64,000 nucleotides of DNA from Podarcis cretensis. Lineage: Eukaryota. The notes under the pieces are model-generated. The model worked only from the letters and a program-made list of their open reading frames with translations, was not told where the DNA came from and ran no database searches. The position numbers were made by a program, and so were the translations under genes. Of the stretch, positions 58,672-64,000 are shown piece by piece. The stretch spans positions 10,788,001 through 10,852,000 of the forward strand of contig OX638156.1 in NCBI GenBank assembly GCA_951804945.1, read 5' to 3'. Positions within the stretch are counted from its first letter, which is position 1, and every line of letters begins with the position of its first letter.

Positions 58672-59197
58672 ATTGTTGTACATGGTCCTGATCTTATGAT
58701 ATGGCAGTGTAGAAACATGTTTATCAATCAACAAAAGGCTGAAATGAGCTAGGAGAAAAACCACCAATGCATGCAGCTTTCTATACCAACCACGGCTAGG
58801 AAGCTCTCCTTGCAGAAGTGCAGAAGGGGGAGAGAGATGATTAACCATTAACTGGTGTTGGATGAATCCGAGGGGAACGTCCCAAGTTTGACAGCAAGTC
58901 AGCTGTTCCCTCCTCCTCTTGTTCCTCTCTGTGCTGTTTGAACTGCAGATTCTCAGAGCAATGGAAACTGAACCCCACCTACCCTCCCCCACTTTGTTTA
59001 GCCTCTGGTTAAGGTTGGGCAGCCAGCAGTACTTTCCTGCTGAGTTTTATTTGGATCTGGCCTAACAAACGCTGCCAGTCATAAACTCCCAACAATGATT
59101 TTTCCAAGGACTACAAAGCATTTGCTTTTAAGAACAGCAGGAGATCGGGCCAATTGCTCCAGTATCCTGCTCCCACAGAGGCCAGCCCGATGCCTAT

Positions 59198-59845
59198 TGT
59201 AATAGGAATTTTATGGTCTTAGATATATGGTAATGTTCATAACCGCACGTACATAGATCAGCATAGGAAGGCCAACCTGGAACCATTTTGATTCCTAAAC
59301 TGAGCAAATGTTTTCTCTGCAAGGTCAAAGTGGAAAAGCTTCCCCATTGTCTTTTCCTTCACAAATCCTGTCTTAAGGGTATGTTTGTGTTTGAATAAGG
59401 TGTGAGCCTGTGACAGTGGCCCAGGAACTAAGTATCATTACAAAAGACTGGCCAGGCTCCCCAGGAAATCCAATCAAGTAACCTGCCAGACAGGAGATAA
59501 ACAACAAGAAGAGAAAAACAACATTCAAATTTCTGTTTAGACCGCCTTTTCTGTGATGTAGGTATGATGTTTCTGGGGGTGGTCTTGATCTACAGGGTGG
59601 CAATTTCAAAAGTATTTATAAGGCCTTGCGCACCATTTTTCTGGGTTCCTCCTCCTCTCCTGCGGGTGACGGGAGCACCCTGTTGCAACAGATCAATAAA
59701 GATCAAGCTTACTAGCTGCTTTGCTTCTCAATATTCTCTGGTTGGCCTCTGTTATTCTCTCCTACCAATAGGGAACCTATGTAAGGACTCTGTATGGGCT
59801 CTTGGATACCCCATAAGGGAAAAAGGGCAATTTTTGTTTACAACA
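59198..59845 (+). mobile_element. Probable solo LTR, about 648 bp
   Basis: TGT...ACA ends; TATA-like atttataagg near 59613; AATAAA near 59695; imperfect 4-bp flanks ctat/ccat. Confidence 0.55.
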
Positions 59846-60120
59846 CCATGCAAAGCTCAGAGGCACTACCTTCTCCTACAGTTTCCAGGATTCCTGGCTG
59901 TTAATTTAGTATTGTGTGGTGAGGAAATCAGACAAAGGTTGCCAGCTAGGTGTGGCATTCAGTACAGTGGCATCTCATTCGGGGGAAACAGAGCAGAGCA
60001 GCCACAGGTAAAAAAAACAGCAACAACCCCAACCCCTGTGCAACAATCCTTAAATCCTGCCAGCGTCAGCACCCAAAAAAATTACATTTCTTGGTGTTTT
60101 CTGTTAGGGGGAGGCAAATA

Positions 60121-60461
60121 CAGTGGTGCCTCGCAAGACAAAAAGAATCCGTTCCACGATTCTCTTCGTCTAGTGGTTTTTTCGTCTTGCGAAGCAAGCC
60201 CATTGACGGCTTAGCGGATTAGCGCTATTAGCGGATTAGCGGCTTTTAGCGGCTTATCAACTTAGTGGATAAGCAGATAGGCGGCTTAGCGGCTTAGAAA
60301 AGGGGGGGAGGGGGAAAAAGTCGGAAAAACTCGCAAGACATTTTCGTCTTGCAAAGCAAGCCCACAGGAAATTCGTTTTGCGAAGCACCTCCAAAACGGA
60401 AAACCCTTTCGTCTAGCGGGTTTTTCGTCTTGCGAGGCATTCGTCTTGCGGGGCACCACTG
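60121..60461. mobile_element. Tigger-type MITE with internal (TTAGCGG)-like repeats
   Basis: TA TSD; TIR cagtggtgcctcgcaagac/gtcttgcggggcaccactg. Confidence 0.82.
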
Positions 60462-61128
60462 TATACCTATTTCGGTTTCTCTCAGTTTCTCCTTTTCCCA
60501 GTCCAAAGTTCAGTTCTTTCTTTTTTTTCCAAAAAGAAATTATTCAATTTTCCACAATTATAACAAATACAACATAGAAAAGAAGAAGAAAAAACACAAG
60601 AGAAAACACATTACTAAAAAAAGAAAAAGAAAAAAGAAATCTTAAACACATATCCCTTGAAAACCCAATCTCTCTTACATTGTTAATTGACTTCCTAAGA
60701 TCCCTCCCTTCTGAATTTCATTATAACTGCATGTAACAGCTCTCCAATATCGTTCTTAAACTAAAATTATTTCCAGCGATTAACTATCTTATTCTCTTTT
60801 CTTACTGTTCTTAATTCAACTTACCAAAGTTCAGTTCTTGGCATTTCCACATCAGTTTGCAATAAAAGAAAAACAAAAGGTCCTCCAGAAAATTCATCCA
60901 CTTCTTAGTGTGAATTTCCTATGCCTGCCCTAGTGTTTGCACCTGTGTCTTGGCTGGAGAACTGCATTGCAAAATCTGGAGATTTCTCTTCGCATACACA
61001 CTTGCATGGAATTTCTCTTAATATATAGATTTTTGCAAAGCAATTTCCCCTAATAGAATGCATTTTCAATGCTACTTTCACTAAAATGTGCATGGGGGGG
61101 GAGAGAGTTTACCCTAGTATATAGATGT

Positions 61129-61349
61129 TGGCACCTCGGGTTACGTACTTAATTCATTCCGGAGGTCCGTTCTTAACCTGAAACTGTTCTTAACCTGAAG
61201 CAACACTTTAGCTAATGGGGCCAATGGAGCACGATTTCTGTTCTCATCCTGAAGCAAAGTTCTTAACCTGAAGCACTATTTCTGGGTTAGCGGAGTCTGT
61301 AACCTGAAGCATATGTAACCTGAAGCGTATGTAACCCGAGGTACCACTG
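61129..61349. mobile_element. Tigger-type MITE, same family as 47831, left TIR damaged
   Basis: Alignable to 47831-48077. Confidence 0.78.
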
Positions 61350-62685
61350 TACTCAGATGGAGGACCGCATTGCAAGATCCGGAGATGTACGAAGCTTTAA
61401 GGATGGTTCTCTGACCCTGCCAGAGCATCCAGGCTCTGATTTGGTGGGGGTGAGGTGTTGGTACTGCGAAACTGTGCGTACCGCCAGAAGAAGAAAAAGC
61501 ACTGTGCAGACGTCATGGGTTTTCAGCGCATGGAGAGAAGCAGTGGTAGCTGCCAAAACCTGCAAGTCAACTTGTTGTTTTAAGGCACTGTTACACAGCC
61601 TGGCTGAAAAGTTTGCAGTGCTTTCAGCAAACACACACAACACAATTTACCTGCAAGGCTTTGTGTTTCTGTGTCAGAAGCATAACTCGATAAAAGAGCG
61701 CATGCTCCTCTGCTTATATTTTGTTTCCCAAGTAACCTTGGCTCTTTCGGACCTGAAATAAAATGAAGTCTTGAAAGCTAGAGAACGAACAGTCTGAAGA
61801 GTGCGTCAGTAATGGGCTTGGGATTTATTTTTTATTTTTTTATAACCCCTTGATAAAAATGAAAGGAAGGAGAGGCAAGATCGTGACTTTCAAAGAGCTT
61901 TAAGTTCTGCCAGCATCTCTTCCTCTGCGTCATGTGATTCCGTTTTGCCATATATCAGCTGACCTCCACAAAACGACTAATGCAATTCAGGGAGGAAAAT
62001 TCCAGGCGGAGCTTGGAGACGACTGAAGCAGCTAGGGTTTTGTTTTCCTGAAAAGCCTCCTGTGCCCTGCAACAGATGCAGATATTCAACAGGTGAAGCT
62101 TCTTCATCAATGCCTCTCCATGACCCATAAAATTCCTGCTATAGAGGCAGAAGAGCTCTGCCAAAAAAAGACAGGGGCAACCTCAGTCCTCCTCCCTGTA
62201 CCATCAAAACAGAGTCTAATATATTTGTGGGAAGGGTGAGTCGTGCCAGGGATGAAGGACAAGTGTAGTAAACAAAGCTTGGCTTCTTTCCAGCAATCCT
62301 AGGGCTGTGGAAGTGGTGTGATGGCTCTGTTAGCAGCCTTTGAACCTTGCACTGAACCTTGTATCTGGCCTTCCCTGCTGAGATCTAAAGAGGTTAAGCC
62401 AATTTAAATGTTGTACTGAAGAGGAGAGTTTCTCACTGACCCAGTTAGGAAGAAAATGGCCTGGCCACCTCTTGTGTCTTCAAAAGCAGCTTAATCTTCA
62501 GGTGAGAAGTTCTTCCACCTGCTAATGTCAGCAGATCCAGCTGCTGTTAAATGCAGAAGAGCAGCAGTAAGCCAGAAATTTGGCAGCCTTGAGTTACAGT
62601 CCTGTGGGGCTTTTGGGCACTAAGGTTGTGAACTTTCTGAGGGCAATCTATCCTTAACACCAACTAGGATAAGCTGTTGTTTGCA

Positions 62686-62724
<39 letters not shown>

Positions 62725-63048
62725 TTATTTATACCCCGCCCATCTGGCTGAGTTTCCCCAGCCACTCTGGGCGGCTCCCAATCAAGTGTTAAAAACAGTA
62801 CAGCGTTAAATATTAAAAACTTCCCTGAACAGGGCTGCCTTCAGATGTCTTTTAAAGATAGGATAGCTGCTTCTTTCCTTCACATCTGAAGGGAGGGTGT
62901 TCCACAGGGTGGGCGCCACCACCGAGAAGGCCCTCTGTCTGGTTCCCTGTAACCTCACTTCTCTCAATGAGGGAACTGCCAGAAGGCCCTTGGAGCTGGA
63001 CCTCAGTGTCCGGGCTGAATGATGGGGGTGGAGACGTTCCTTCAGGTA
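62686..63048 (-). mobile_element. L2-clade LINE 3' fragment
   Basis: (TAA)n tail; minus strand encodes RAFSVVAPTLWNTLP. Confidence 0.8.
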
Positions 63049-63379
63049 TGATAAAGTTTATCTCCAGTACGGTGAAAGTCTGAAATTTCTACAAATCAAG
63101 CTGCTGTAACAGGCAGAGAGAACCACGTATTACTTATTCTTTTAACTTTGCCGGAAAATCAGAAAACTAGAACATGCAAATACTGAATCAATAAAATGCG
63201 TCTCTTCCGCCTCCTGCCCTTAACCCGTCAATAAATTGCATAGTCTGTAACCTCAATAACTTTGAGTCACCTCTAGATGACCTGTTTACTGAGCATACAT
63301 CCTGCTTTCTTTGCGCATAGTTTGTGGCATGTTATACAGCATTGACTGCTTACTGAGCATTCCTTCACATTTCTTTGTG

Positions 63380-64000
63380 CTTTTCTTTGGCGATCACTCA
63401 TAGCCGAGTAAGATTGTCTTCCATAAACACGGTTTTAAAAAGAGTCCGTAAGTGACTGTGGAGGCCAATTCTGGATCCACACATAAGGACACAAATCCAC
63501 ACACAATGTCCACAGAGGGGACATTGGTTTCCGGGTGGGAGTTTATCACGGTGTGGGTTTGCAAACTGTGCCTTCCTCTTAGCGCATTTCTCCCTTGTGT
63601 CCTGAGTTCGAGTGTCTTCAAATCCCATGACACCTTTGGTAAAGGCTGTTCTCCAACTGGAGCGCTCGCAGGCAAGTGTTTTCCAATTATAAATTATATT
63701 TTAAAAAATACTACATTTTTTAAGATTTGCCTTGAGACAGTCTTTAAACCTCTTTTGCTGACCACCAGCATTACGCTTTCCATTTTAAAGTTTGGAATAG
63801 AGTAGTTGCTTTGGAAGACGATCATCAGGCATCCGCATAACATAACCAGTCCAGCCAAGTTGTTGTTGAAGAATTATTGCTTCAACACTGGTGATCTTTG
63901 CTTCTTCCAGGACACTGGTATTAGTTCGCCTGTCTTCCCAAGTGATGTGTAAAAATTTTCAGAGACACCGTTGATGGAATCTTTTGATGAGTTGGAGATG
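63380..64000 (-). mobile_element. RTE-clade LINE 3' portion, runs off the window
   Basis: Minus-strand translation RFHQRCL.KILHITWEDRRTNTSVLEEA...RMPDDRLPKQLLYS, then C-terminal CPLC...IGLHSHLRT. Confidence 0.85.

Noticed and set aside
59564-60214. 216-aa ORF
   Set aside because: Spans a solo LTR, unique DNA and a MITE; no domain features.
60205-60300. TTAGCGG-like short repeats as telomeric or CRISPR-like array
   Set aside because: Irregular, spacer-less and internal to a TA-flanked MITE in eukaryotic DNA.

Overview
Eukaryotic genomic DNA, almost certainly from a squamate reptile and probably a lacertid lizard (Sauria and Squam3-type SINEs, Bov-B, L2, L1, RTE, hAT and Tigger-type MITEs). 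Bases 1-37029 hold the 3' part of one + strand CEACAM-family gene. I reconstructed 22 GT-AG exons by hand: 18 phase-1/1 Ig C2-type exons in strict A/B alternation, a 124-nt transmembrane exon, and 53-nt, 32-nt and ITIM-bearing cytoplasmic exons. The cytoplasmic exons match mammalian CEACAM1 in length, phase and motif spacing. Twelve of the Ig exons come from a young ~2.5-kb tandem array of an A-B exon pair (1-14.8 kb) that continues upstream of the window. The predicted protein is therefore a giant (>=18 Ig domains, >=~1,700 aa), heavily N-glycosylated inhibitory receptor that appears to keep the CEACAM1 long/short frameshift switch. The leader and N-terminal IgV exons are not in the window. 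The first A exon carries a 1-nt insertion and a stop codon. Bases 37-64 kb show no confident protein-coding gene and are dense with often nested transposable elements. One of these is an unusual 1.57-kb non-coding, poly(A)-tailed, L1-mobilised element with an 18-bp TSD. Family names come from my recall of consensus sequences, not from database searches.
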